Virus record (IMG/VR): IMGVR_UViG_2609459856_000009
Length of the DNA stretch: 34,234 nucleotides
Direction: 5' to 3' (one strand)
Source: a virus
Taxonomy: Duplodnaviria > Heunggongvirae > Uroviricota > Caudoviricetes
Position numbers and translations under genes: made by a program. A model generated the notes under the pieces. That model searched no databases and had not been told where the DNA came from. It worked only from the letters and a program-made list of their open reading frames with translations. This document shows positions 17,679 to 29,996 of the stretch, in pieces. The stretch's first letter is position 1, and the number at the start of each line of letters is the position of its first letter.

Positions 17679-17972
17679 TTATTGTGAGCAATACACACGC
17701 GCTTCCAGCGGAGTATAAATGCCTAAAGTAATAAAACCGAGCAATCCATTTACGAATGTTTGCTGGGTTTCTGTTTTAACAACATTTTCTGCGCCGCCAC
17801 AAATTTTAGCTGCATCGACAGTTTTCTTCTGCCCAATTCCAGAGACGAAGAAATGGTGGGTGATGGTTTCCTTTGGTGTTACTGCTGCCGGTTTGTTTTG
17901 AACAGTAAACGTCTGTTGGGCACATCCTGTAATAAGCAGGGCCAGCGCAGTAGCGAGTAGCATTTTTTTCAT
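17679..17972 (-). CDS. bor: Bor lipoprotein
   Basis: 97-aa product matching lambda Bor (MKKMLLATALALLITGCAQQTFTVQNKPAAV...), on the strand opposite the lysis genes as in lambda. Confidence 0.92.
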   Translation of the reverse strand: MKKMLLATALALLITGCAQQTFTVQNKPAAVTPKETITHHFFVSGIGQKKTVDAAKICGGAENVVKTETQQTFVNGLLGFITLGIYTPLEARVYCSQ

Positions 17973-18263
17973 GGTGTTATTCCCGATGCTTTTTGAAGTT
18001 CGCAGAATCGTATGTGTAGAAAATTAAACAAACCCTAAACAATGAGTTGAAATCTCATATTGTTAATATTTATTAATGTATGTCAGATGCGAAGGATCAT
18101 CACTGTATTCCCGGATTAACTATGTCCGCAGCCCTGACAGGGAAACTCCTCTGCGGGAGTGTCCGGGAATAATTAATAACGATGCACACAGGGTTTAGCG
18201 CATACACGTATTGCATTATGCCAACGCCCCGGTGCTGACACGGAAGAAACCGGACGTTATGAT

Positions 18264-18674
18264 TTAGCGTGGAAAGATTTGTGTAGTGTTCTGAATGCTC
18301 TCAGTAAATAGTAATGAATTATCAAAGGCATAGTAATATCTTTTATGTTCGTGGATATTTGTAACCCATCGGAAAACTCCTGCTTTAGCAAGATTTTCCC
18401 TGTATTGCTGAAATGTGATTTCTCTTGATTTCAACCTATCATAGGACGTTTCTATAAGATGCGTATTTCTTGACAATTTAACATTTACAACCTTTTTAAG
18501 TCCTTTTATTAACGCAGTGTTATCGTTTTCTAACACAATGTGAATATTATCTGTGGCTAGATAGTAAATATAATGTGAGACATTGTGACGTTTTAGTTCA
18601 GAATAAAACAATTCACAGTTTAAATCTTTTCGCACTTGATCGAATATTTCTTTAAAAATGGCAACCTGAGCCAT
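18264..18674 (-). CDS. ybcV: DUF1398-family protein (YbcV-like)
   Basis: Matches my recollection of K-12 YbcV. Start placed at MAQVAIF (GGAAGG about 8 nt upstream); the ORF is open further upstream to 18797 with alternative starts. Confidence 0.65.
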   Translation of the reverse strand: MAQVAIFKEIFDQVRKDLNCELFYSELKRHNVSHYIYYLATDNIHIVLENDNTALIKGLKKVVNVKLSRNTHLIETSYDRLKSREITFQQYRENLAKAGVFRWVTNIHEHKRYYYAFDNSLLFTESIQNTTQIFPR

Positions 18675-18959
18675 TGGTAAAACCTTCCATGTGATACGAG
18701 GGCGCGTAGTTTGCATTATCGTTTTTATCGTTTCAATCTGGTCTGACCTCTTTGTGTTTTGTTGATGATTTATGTCAAATATTAGGAATATTTTCAATTA
18801 ATAGTATTGGTTGCGTAACAAAGTGCGGTCCTGCTGGCATTCTGGAGGGAAATACAACCGACAGATGTATGTAAGGCCAACGTGCTCAAATCTTCATACA
18901 GAAAGATTTGAAGTAATATTTTAACCGCTAGATGAAGAGCAAGCGCATGGAGCGACAAA

Positions 18960-19166
18960 ATGAATAAAGAACAATCTGCTGATGATCCTTCCGTGGATCT
19001 GATTCGTGTAAAAAATATGCTTAATAGCACCATTTCTATGAGTTACCCTGATGTTGTAATTGCATGTATAGAACATAAGGTGTCTCTGGAAGCATTCAGG
19101 GCAATTGAGGCAGCGTTGGTGAAGCACGATAATAATATGAAGGATTATTCCCTGGTGGTTGACTGA
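18960..19166 (+). CDS. ybcW: YbcW-like small protein
   Basis: 68-aa ORF matching my recollection of DLP12 YbcW ([33 protein letters not shown]...). Confidence 0.7.
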
Positions 19167-19330
19167 TCACCATAACTGCTAATCATTCAAACTACTTAAC
19201 CTGTGACAGAGCCAACACGCAGTCTGTCACTGTCAGGAAAGTGGTAAAACTGCAACTCAATTACTGCAATGCCCTCGTAATTAAGTGAATTTACAATATC
19301 GTCCTGTTCGGAGGGAAGAACGCGGGATGT

Positions 19331-19525
19331 TCATTCTTCATCACTTTTAATTGATGTATATGCTCTCTTTTCTGACGTTAGCCTCCGACGGCAGGCTTCA
19401 ATGACCCAGGCTGAGAAATTCCCGGACCCTTTTTGATCAAGAGCGATGTTAATTTGTTCAATCATTTGGTTAGGAAAGCGGATGTTGCGGGTTGTTGTTC
19501 TGCGGGTTCTGTTCTTCGTTGACAT
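19331..19525 (-). CDS. ylcI: YlcI-like small protein
   Basis: 64-aa ORF matching my recollection of DLP12 YlcI (MSTKNRTRRTTTRNIRFPNQMIEQINIALDQKGSGNFSAWV...). Confidence 0.7.
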   Translation of the reverse strand: MSTKNRTRRTTTRNIRFPNQMIEQINIALDQKGSGNFSAWVIEACRRRLTSEKRAYTSIKSDEE

Positions 19526-19724
19526 GAGGTTGCCCCGTATTCAGTGTCGCTGATTTGTATTGTCTGAAGTTGTTTTTACGTTAAGTTGATGCGGATCAAT
19601 TAATACGATACCTGCGTCATAATTGATTATTTGACGTGGTTTGATGGCGTAGATGCACGTTGTGACATGTAGATGATAATTATTATCATTTTGCGGGTCC
19701 TTTCCGGCGATCCGACAGGTTACG

Positions 19725-19736
19725 GGGCGGCGACCT
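19725..19736. other. cosN cohesive-end site (lambda-type 12-nt GGGCGGCGACCT)
   Basis: Exact match to the lambda left-end 12-mer GGGCGGCGACCT, with lambda right-end-like sequence upstream and lambda cosB-like leader downstream up to Nu1. Confidence 0.85.
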
Positions 19737-19913
19737 CGCGGTTTTTCACTATTTATGAAAATTTTCCGGTTTAAGGCGTTTCCGTTCTTCTTCGCCGTAA
19801 CCTAATGTTTTTATTTAAAACACCCCCTGAAAAGAAAGGAAACGACAGGTGCTGAAAACGGGCTTTTTGGCCTCTGTCGTTTCCTTTCTCTGTTTTTGTC
19901 CGTGGAATGAACA

Positions 19914-20433
19914 ATGGAAGTCAACAAAAAGCAGCTGGCTGACATTTTCGGCGCGAGTATCCGTACCATTCAGAACTGGCAGGAGCAGGGAATGCCCGTT
20001 CTGCGGGGTGGTGGCAAGGGTAATGAGGTGCTTTATGACTCTGCCGCCGCCATAAAATGGTATGCCGAAAGGGATGCTGAAATTGAGAACGAAAAGCTGC
20101 GCCGGGAAGTTGAAGAACTGCGGCAGGCCAGCGAGACAGATCTCCAGCCAGGGACTATTGAGTACGAACGCCATCGACTTACGCGTGCGCAGGCCGACGC
20201 ACAGGAGCTGAAAAATGCCAGAGACTCCGCTGAAGTGGTGGAAACTGCATTCTGTACTTTCGTGCTGTCGCGGATCGCAGGTGAAATTGCCAGTATTCTC
20301 GACGGGATCCCCCTGTCGGTGCAGCGGCGTTTTCCGGAACTGGAAAACCGACATGTTGATTTCCTGAAACGGGATATCATCAAAGCCATGAACAAAGCAG
20401 CCGCGCTGGATGAACTGATACCGGGGTTGCTGA

Positions 20434-20459
<26 letters not shown>
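19914..20459 (+). CDS. Nu1: Terminase small subunit Nu1
   Basis: 181-aa product near-identical to lambda Nu1 (MEVNKKQLADIFGASIRTIQNWQEQGMPV...). Confidence 0.95.
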
Positions 20460-24140
<3,681 letters not shown>

Positions 24141-24160
<20 letters not shown>

Positions 24161-25460
24161 TCTCCCGCATATTGCCAGTATGGCCTTTAATGAGCCGCTG
24201 ATGCTTGAACCCGCCTATGCGCGGGTTTTCTTTTGTGCGCTTGCAGGCCAGCTTGGGATCAGCCGCCTGACGGATGCGGTATCCGGCGACAGCCTGACTG
24301 CCGGAGAGGCACCCGCGGCGCTGGCGTTATCCGTTGATGATGACGGACCACGACAGGCCCGCAGTTATCAGGTCATGAACGGCATCGCCGTGCTGCCGGT
24401 GTCCGGCACGCTGGTCAGCCGGACGCGAGCGCTGCAGCCGTATTCGGGGATGACCGGTTACAACGGCATTATCGCCCGTCTGCAACAGGCTGCCAGCGAC
24501 CCGATGGTGGACGGCATTCTGCTCGATATGGATACGCCAGGCGGGATGGTGGCAGGGGCATTTGACTGCGCTGACATCATCGCCCGTGTGCGTGACATAA
24601 AACCGGTATGGGCGCTGGCCAACGACATGAACTGCAGTGCAGGTCAGCTGCTTGCCAGTGCCGCCTCCCGGCGTCTGGTCACGCAGACCGCCCGGACAGG
24701 CTCCATCGGCGTCATGATGGCTCACAGTAATTACGGTGCTGCGCTGGAGAAACAGGGGGTGGAAATCACGCTGATTTACAGCGGCAGCCATAAGGTGGAT
24801 GGCAACCCCTACAGCCATCTTCCGGATGACGTCCGGGAGACACTGCAGTCCCGGATGGATGCAACCCGCCGGATGTTTGCGCAGAAGGTGTCGGCATATA
24901 CCGGCCTGTCCGTGCAGGCTGTTCTGGATACCGAGGCTGCAGTGTACAGCGGTCAGGAGGCCATTGATGCCGGACTGGCTGATGAACTTGTTAACAGCAC
25001 CGATGCGATCACCGTCATGCGTGATGCACTGGATGCACGTAAATCCCGTCTCTCAGGAGGGCGAATGACCAAAGAGACCCAATCAACAACTGTTTCAGCC
25101 ACTGCTTCGCAGGCTGACGTTACTGACGTGATGCCAGCGACGGAGGGCGAAAACGCCAGCGCGGTGCAGCCGGACGTGAACGCGCAGATCACCGCTGCGG
25201 TTGCGGCAGAAAACAGCCGCATTATGGGGATCCTCAACTGTGAGGAGGCTCACGGACGCGAAGAACAGGCCCGCGTGCTGGCTGAACCCCCCGGTATGAC
25301 CGTGGAAACGGCCCGCCGCATTCTGGCCGCAGCACCACAGAGTGCACAGGCGCGCAGTGATACTGCGCTGGATCGTCTGATGCAGGGGGCACCGGCACCG
25401 CTGGCTGCAGGTAACCCGGCATCTGATGCCGTTAACGATTTGCTGAACACACCAGTGTAA
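24141..25460 (+). CDS. C: Head protease / minor capsid protein C
   Basis: GTG start at 24141 overlapping the B end by 20 nt; 1320 nt, the lambda C length; product from MTAELRNLPHIASMAFNEPLMLEPAYARVFF... The 477-aa track ORF is this gene read through from inside B. Confidence 0.9.
24855..25460 (+). CDS. Nu3: Scaffolding protein Nu3 (in-frame internal start within C)
   Basis: ATG at 24855, in frame with C and 714 nt from its start, the same offset as lambda Nu3. Confidence 0.75.
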   Translation: MDATRRMFAQKVSAYTGLSVQAVLDTEAAVYSGQEAIDAGLADELVNSTDAITVMRDALDARKSRLSGGRMTKETQSTTVSATASQADVTDVMPATEGENASAVQPDVNAQITAAVAAENSRIMGILNCEEAHGREEQARVLAEPPGMTVETARRILAAAPQSAQARSDTALDRLMQGAPAPLAAGNPASDAVNDLLNTPV

Positions 25461-25469
25461 GGGATGTTT

Positions 25470-25802
25470 ATGACGAGCAAAGAAACCTTTACCCATTACC
25501 AGCCGCTGGGCAACAGTGACCCGGCTCATACCGCAACCGCGCCCGGCGGATTGAGTGCGAAAGCGCCTGCAATGACCCCGCTGATGCTGGACACCTCCAC
25601 CCGTAAGCTGGTTGCGTGGGATGGCACCACCGACGGTGCTGCCGTTGGCATTCTTGCAGTTGCTGCTGACCAGACCAGCACCACACTGACGTTCTACAAG
25701 TCCGGCACGTTCCGTTATGAGGATGTGCTCTGGCCGGAGGCTGCCAGCGACGAGACGAAAAAACGGACCGCGTTTGCCGGAACGGCAATCAGCATCGTTT
25801 AA
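25470..25802 (+). CDS. D: Head decoration protein D
   Basis: 110-aa product from [27 protein letters not shown]... near-identical to lambda gpD. Confidence 0.93.
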   Translation: MTSKETFTHYQPLGNSDPAHTATAPGGLSAKAPAMTPLMLDTSTRKLVAWDGTTDGAAVGILAVAADQTSTTLTFYKSGTFRYEDVLWPEAASDETKKRTAFAGTAISIV

Positions 25803-25858
25803 CTTTACCCTTCATCACTAAAGGCCGCCTGTGCGGCTTTTTTTACGGGATTTTTTTT

Positions 25859-26134
25859 ATGTCGATGTACACAACCGCCCAGCTGCTGGCGGCAAATGAG
25901 CAGAAATTTAAGTTTGATCCGCTGTTTCTGCGTCTCTTTTTCCGTGAGAGCTATCCCTTCACCACGGAGAAAGTCTATCTCTCACAAATTCCGGGACTGG
26001 TAAACATGGCGCTGTACGTTTCGCCGATTGTTTCCGGTGAGGTTATCCGTTCCCGTGGCGGATCCACCTCTGAATTTACGCCGGGATATGTCAAACCCAA
26101 GCACTTAGCATGGCTTTCTGAGGCTTTCGTGTAG
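25859..26134 (+). pseudogene. E: Major capsid protein E, truncated: only codons 1-82 are lambda-like, then 9 junction-derived codons and a stop
   Basis: Product matches lambda gpE through ...SEFTPGYVKPKH (ending at nt 26104), then diverges (LAWLSEAFV, stop). Lambda E is about 341 aa; the remainder is replaced by the integrase-bearing element. Confidence 0.9.
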
Positions 26135-26266
26135 TTGCTGGTTTTTACACTTAATCTTTTGATAATAAAGAATAAGTTTATCTGGCGCTTTCACTGAATT
26201 TTCCTCGTTATCTGTGTGTTGCAATCATCTCTGTATTGCAGCTTGTATTGCTTTTTGGGGCTAAAA

Positions 26267-27502
26267 ATGGCTGGCGAGAACAAACTGAGCGACAAAGCGC
26301 TTAAAGGATATCTGGGGAAACCCAGAGAAAAGCAGATCACCATTGCTGATGGAAAGGGGCTTTCTATTCGTGTGAGTACTAAAGGGGCTGTGAGCTTTGT
26401 TTTCTTCTACAGGTTAGCAGGTGGCCGGGATGCTCCGGTCTGGCTAACGTTGGGTAAATATCCTGATATGTCACTCAAACAGGCAAGGGAAAAGCGCGAC
26501 GAGTGCCGTGGTTGGTTGGCTGACAAACGTGATCCGCGTATCCAGATTAAGATTCAGGCTGAAGAACGCTTAAAGCCGGTCACAGTGGAGGATGCACTAA
26601 ATTACTGGTATGAAAATTACTGTAAGGTGCGTCGTAAAACTCATGCTGTAACGCTTGGCAGATTTCGAAAGCATATCTTTCCCTATATCGGTCATTTGCC
26701 CGTAAATGACACTCACCTATATGAATGGCTGGACTGTTTTGACCGAATTAAACGTAATGCACCAGTTATGGCGGCGTATGTTTTTTCTGACACTAAATTA
26801 GCTCTTCGTTTTTGTCGGGTACGCCAGTACGCGACGTGTGATGCTTTAAAGGATTTGCGCATGAGTGATGTGGGGCAGATTGCAGGTAAGCGGGATCGGG
26901 TTCTGGATGAAGCCGAACTGGGCCAGCTCTGGAAGGCAATTTTTGTCGAGCCTGATTTAAAACTAATGTCTGAATACACGCGAAAAATGTTTGTGCTTTG
27001 TACAGTATTTGGATGTCGAATGAGTGAAGCCCGATTATCTGAATGGAGCGAATGGGATCTCGAAAGTTGGGTTTGGACTGTACCAAAAGATCACTCAAAA
27101 ACTGGTGTTGAAATCGTCAGACCAGTACCTGAAATTCTACGACAGTGGGTAACGGATGTTCACGAAGAGACAAAACATACTGGTTATGTGCTGGGAAGTC
27201 TGCGAATTAGAGAAAGCGTAAGCAAGATTGGGGGGAAAATCGGTAAACGTTTGGGCCATGAAAAACAATGGTCACTACACGACCTTAGAAGAACGCTATC
27301 TACTCATCTAAGTGATCTCGGTGTTGAATTTTATGTAGTAGAACAACTGTTAGGCCATGCGCTACCTGGCGTGGCAGGTGTTTACAACCGGAGTAAGTTT
27401 ATGGCTAAAAAACTGGATGCTCTGGAACTCTGGACTACATATCTCAATAGCATCGCAGGTGCTGATTCAAAAGTGACAATCCTCAAACAAAAGGCTGGTT
27501 AA
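26267..27502 (+). CDS. int: P4-family tyrosine integrase of the inserted element
   Basis: About 411-aa product from MAGENKLSDKALKGYLGKP... with an N-terminal arm-binding-like region and C-terminal catalytic motifs (HDLRRTLSTHL, LLGHALPGVAGVYNRS). Begins about 160 bp after the E breakpoint. Confidence 0.85.
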   Translation: MAGENKLSDKALKGYLGKPREKQITIADGKGLSIRVSTKGAVSFVFFYRLAGGRDAPVWLTLGKYPDMSLKQAREKRDECRGWLADKRDPRIQIKIQAEERLKPVTVEDALNYWYENYCKVRRKTHAVTLGRFRKHIFPYIGHLPVNDTHLYEWLDCFDRIKRNAPVMAAYVFSDTKLALRFCRVRQYATCDALKDLRMSDVGQIAGKRDRVLDEAELGQLWKAIFVEPDLKLMSEYTRKMFVLCTVFGCRMSEARLSEWSEWDLESWVWTVPKDHSKTGVEIVRPVPEILRQWVTDVHEETKHTGYVLGSLRIRESVSKIGGKIGKRLGHEKQWSLHDLRRTLSTHLSDLGVEFYVVEQLLGHALPGVAGVYNRSKFMAKKLDALELWTTYLNSIAGADSKVTILKQKAG

Positions 27503-27503
27503 C

Positions 27504-27731
27504 ATGAAAAAAATGGCAATTGTTGATAAAAAGGGTCTGGAGTACATTCCTAACATCGATCGTATGATCCGTGAGAAAGAATGTCGGGAGCTAACCACTC
27601 TTGCAAACAGCACACGCTGGAAGCTGGAGAAGGAAGGAAAATTTCCTAAGCGGATCAAGATTGGTTCCACTGCTGTTGCATATCGTCTTTCAGAAGTGCA
27701 GGCATGGATTCGAGGTGAGTGGGTAGTTTAA
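27504..27731 (+). CDS. alpA: AlpA-family transcriptional regulator / excisionase-like protein
   Basis: 75-aa product with an AlpA-type HTH (ELTTLANSTRWKLEKEGKFPKRIKIGSTAVAYRLSEVQAWI), immediately downstream of the integrase. Confidence 0.8.
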   Translation: MKKMAIVDKKGLEYIPNIDRMIREKECRELTTLANSTRWKLEKEGKFPKRIKIGSTAVAYRLSEVQAWIRGEWVV

Positions 27732-27756
27732 ATTATCTCAGAATAAAATATTATGA

Positions 27757-27792
27757 ATTACTGATTTGAGAATTTGTACTCAAATCAGTAAT
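27757..27792. terminator. Bidirectional hairpin between convergent alpA and the membrane-protein gene
   Basis: Perfect 14-bp inverted repeat ATTACTGATTTGAG / CTCAAATCAGTAAT with an 8-nt loop, flanked by T-rich sequence on both strands. Confidence 0.6.
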
Positions 27793-27800
27793 AACATTCT

Positions 27801-28337
27801 TTATAAGAGATTAAATCCAAATAAAGAGTAATCATATACCGGGGTGCATTGCATCCCACTGAATATGCTGATGTTTTTTTCTGTTTCTATCCTTTTTTCA
27901 ATAAGTTGTTGTATATTTTTACAGTACAATTTGTGTGTGATGTTATTATCGTAAGCCTGATATAGCAACGTCAATGTTGACGCTAGGAAACATACAGATA
28001 AAATTAAAATAATATATGCAGTTTTTTTATTTTTTGTCCATGATCTATTTGTTTGTGAAATATAAAGAATTCTGAGGTGGATAATGGTGAGAGACAATAG
28101 CAGGCCACTCAATAAAATAAGTATTGGGTTTGCGTATTTTATTAATGGTTGAGAGCAAAAAACTATTATAGCTCCTGTGACTGCGTATGAGAAAAAGGAG
28201 TGATTAAACTTCTTACTCCTTCTCTCAAGTATTTTAATTTCATCTTGCGTGGGGGTTTTAGATGCCTCTAATATAAGTTTATTGAATTTTTCTGTTATCT
28301 TGTTTTTTGTGTTTGTGGCTATTTTTTTTAGATTCAT
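27801..28337 (-). CDS. Hypothetical AT-rich integral membrane protein (three predicted transmembrane helices), element cargo
   Basis: 178-aa ORF with K/N/I-rich composition, three hydrophobic segments (FFSYAVTGAIIVFCSQPLI; ILILLSGLLLSLTIIHLRILYI; AYIILILSVCFLASTLTLLY) and soluble termini. Strongly AT-rich compared with neighbouring element genes. Confidence 0.6.
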   Translation of the reverse strand: MNLKKIATNTKNKITEKFNKLILEASKTPTQDEIKILERRSKKFNHSFFSYAVTGAIIVFCSQPLIKYANPILILLSGLLLSLTIIHLRILYISQTNRSWTKNKKTAYIILILSVCFLASTLTLLYQAYDNNITHKLYCKNIQQLIEKRIETEKNISIFSGMQCTPVYDYSLFGFNLL

Positions 28338-28687
28338 AGCATTCTAACTCCCTTAACTTATTTATTACTTTCTCTTTATGATAAGAGAGGGGAATGACTT
28401 GGTAAAGTGATTTGTCATTAATAATGATAATCCTTGCGATAAATATTTCTGCAAGTTATTTATCTGTTTGTTGCTATCTTGTTAAGCGTTGGGTGTGGTT
28501 TATGTTTGGAGTGACTTTATTTAATCGTGATTTTATGGATTTATATTTATATCCTGTAAGATAAGCGCATGTTAGTTCAGGAGTAGTGTCAGATAAAATT
28601 ATTCGGAGTAGAACTACCTTTTCTGTTTATTGCCAGTATTTACATAGCAATGCGCCGTAGTTACTCACATCACGGCGCTGATACTAA

Positions 28688-28990
28688 TTATTCAGATTCT
28701 TTGGCTTTACGCCGCTGGAGTTCTTCACGAGCGACGGCTACGAGTTGCCCGATTTCCTCCGCTACCTTGATGCCGATTTGTTCGACCTTAGCTAAGGCAT
28801 CCAGTGAAGACACGAGGGGATTTTCTCCGCTTCCTTCTGCCTGGCGGCGGGCGATCTCACCGCGCATGGCGGTTACTATGAATCCGGCGTTGCTTTCGCC
28901 GTCCAGTTTTACGGATTCCATGCCCTCCATAACATCGTGGGGAACCCTGATCGTTGTCATTTGCGATTTTGCATTTTTGTATACAGACAT
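28688..28990 (-). CDS. Putative ribbon-helix-helix (Arc/CopG-like) DNA-binding regulator
   Basis: 100-aa ORF; the N-terminus (MTTIRVPHDVMEGMESVKLDGESNAGFIVTAMRGEI) has a beta-strand-then-helix pattern typical of RHH repressors; divergent from the operator-repeat array. Confidence 0.5.
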   Translation of the reverse strand: MSVYKNAKSQMTTIRVPHDVMEGMESVKLDGESNAGFIVTAMRGEIARRQAEGSGENPLVSSLDALAKVEQIGIKVAEEIGQLVAVAREELQRRKAKESE

Positions 28991-29010
28991 AGTTAATCAC
29001 CAATTTGTTA

Positions 29011-29111
29011 TGTGTATATCACTATACACAAAAGTGAGATATAAAAACACTTGCAATGTATATCACCACAATATAATGTATATCTCACATTATGGTCGCT
29101 ATGTATCTCAC
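29011..29111. promoter_or_regulatory. Operator-like repeat array in the divergent intergenic region of the element
   Basis: Perfect palindrome TGTGTATA-TCAC-TATACACA (29011-29030) plus further copies of TGTAT(AT)C(T)CAC at 29057-29066, 29077-29088 and 29102-29111, and an inverted copy TGAGATAT (29035-29042). Confidence 0.55.
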
Positions 29112-29198
29112 AATGATCGATTCATAAAAACGACGAAACCCGGCAGTGCGCGAACACTAACCGGGCTTCTAACCAAACCGTTAAACGAGGTAACGACT

Positions 29199-29489
29199 AT
29201 GGCTGGAACACAGCATACCCAAACTCACCCTAAATTTATATACATCTTTCTGGCGCTACATCGCGATCGCATAGCAGATGGAGCAACTACGGTACATGTA
29301 GCCGCTGACACGCTGTTTATTCAGAAATGTGAAAACAATTTCATCTGGCGTTTTATCGCCCTGAGTACGGCACAACCGCGCGTGATTACCATCGAGGCCA
29401 CCAGCGAACAGGAAGCCCGCCAGCAATCCCCAACTGGCTGCGTGATGATATTCGCCGCCCGTATTCGTCAGGAGGTGTGCCATGAATGA
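29199..29489 (+). CDS. Icd-like small protein (P4-type satellite family)
   Basis: 96-aa product from MAGTQHTQTHPKF... with segments (NFIWRFIALS, VITIEA, EARQQSPTGCVMIFAARI) resembling Icd-like proteins of P4-type elements as I recall them; ATG 29199 is in frame inside the 279-aa track ORF. Confidence 0.45.
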   Translation: MAGTQHTQTHPKFIYIFLALHRDRIADGATTVHVAADTLFIQKCENNFIWRFIALSTAQPRVITIEATSEQEARQQSPTGCVMIFAARIRQEVCHE

Positions 29490-29706
29490 TCTTTATTTTA
29501 AAGTGCTGACACATGCTGAAAACGCGCTCGTTTGTGGCAAAAATATGCGAGAAATCTTATCAACCTGGCTTGATGGGACAACAAATGCGGAACACGATGA
29601 ACGGGATGCTAATTTAGCTGGAGCGTTAATTACGTTACTTGATCCTGTCATCAAAGAGCTGGATGAAGCTATAAAAATACACGACCAGAGCTATACCGGA
29701 GAATAA
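29482..29706 (+). CDS. Hypothetical protein
   Basis: 74-aa ORF overlapping the upstream gene end by 8 nt; operon-like packing. Confidence 0.45.
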   Translation: MNDLYFKVLTHAENALVCGKNMREILSTWLDGTTNAEHDERDANLAGALITLLDPVIKELDEAIKIHDQSYTGE

Positions 29707-29708
29707 AA

Positions 29709-29996
29709 ATGAAAAATAAATTTTCTGGCTTTATTGCCAGCGGTCAAACTCATTCAAAAATCAGCCTTGGGGATATTTTCAAAGATAGCTATGGCTATCG
29801 AGTAAAGATTATTTCGGTTGATGATCGCCGTGTCTCTTATTTGCGTGATGGTTATGATTTTGAATGTGTTATGCCGCGTCAGCAGTTCGAAAGAGATTTC
29901 ATTCTGGTAAAAAATTGCAAGACAGATAATCAGAGGCGTTCCGCAGGCTATATCCGCAAAATTCGGGCAATGTTAGTTGCCGGAGGTAACAAATGA
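29709..29996 (+). CDS. Hypothetical protein
   Basis: 95-aa ORF starting 3 nt after the previous stop; its own stop overlaps the primase start. Confidence 0.45.
   Translation: MKNKFSGFIASGQTHSKISLGDIFKDSYGYRVKIISVDDRRVSYLRDGYDFECVMPRQQFERDFILVKNCKTDNQRRSAGYIRKIRAMLVAGGNK

Noticed and set aside
19815-20354. 179-aa minus-strand ORF overlapping cosB and Nu1
   Set aside because: Antisense to Nu1 and the cos leader, both lambda-identical; no support.
24327-24818. 163-aa minus-strand ORF inside C/Nu3
   Set aside because: Antisense to the GC-rich C gene; Arg/Ala/Gly-rich composition typical of spurious frames in GC-rich DNA.
26108-26134. Last nine codons and stop of the E reading frame
   Set aside because: Not part of a functional capsid protein; read-through into element-junction sequence after the breakpoint.
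28650-29198. N-terminal 183 codons of the 279-aa plus-strand ORF (28650-29489)
   Set aside because: This part runs antisense through the RHH-like gene and across the operator-repeat array and has low-complexity Ser/Ala/Thr-rich content. The plausible gene is the downstream in-frame ATG at 29199 (96 aa).
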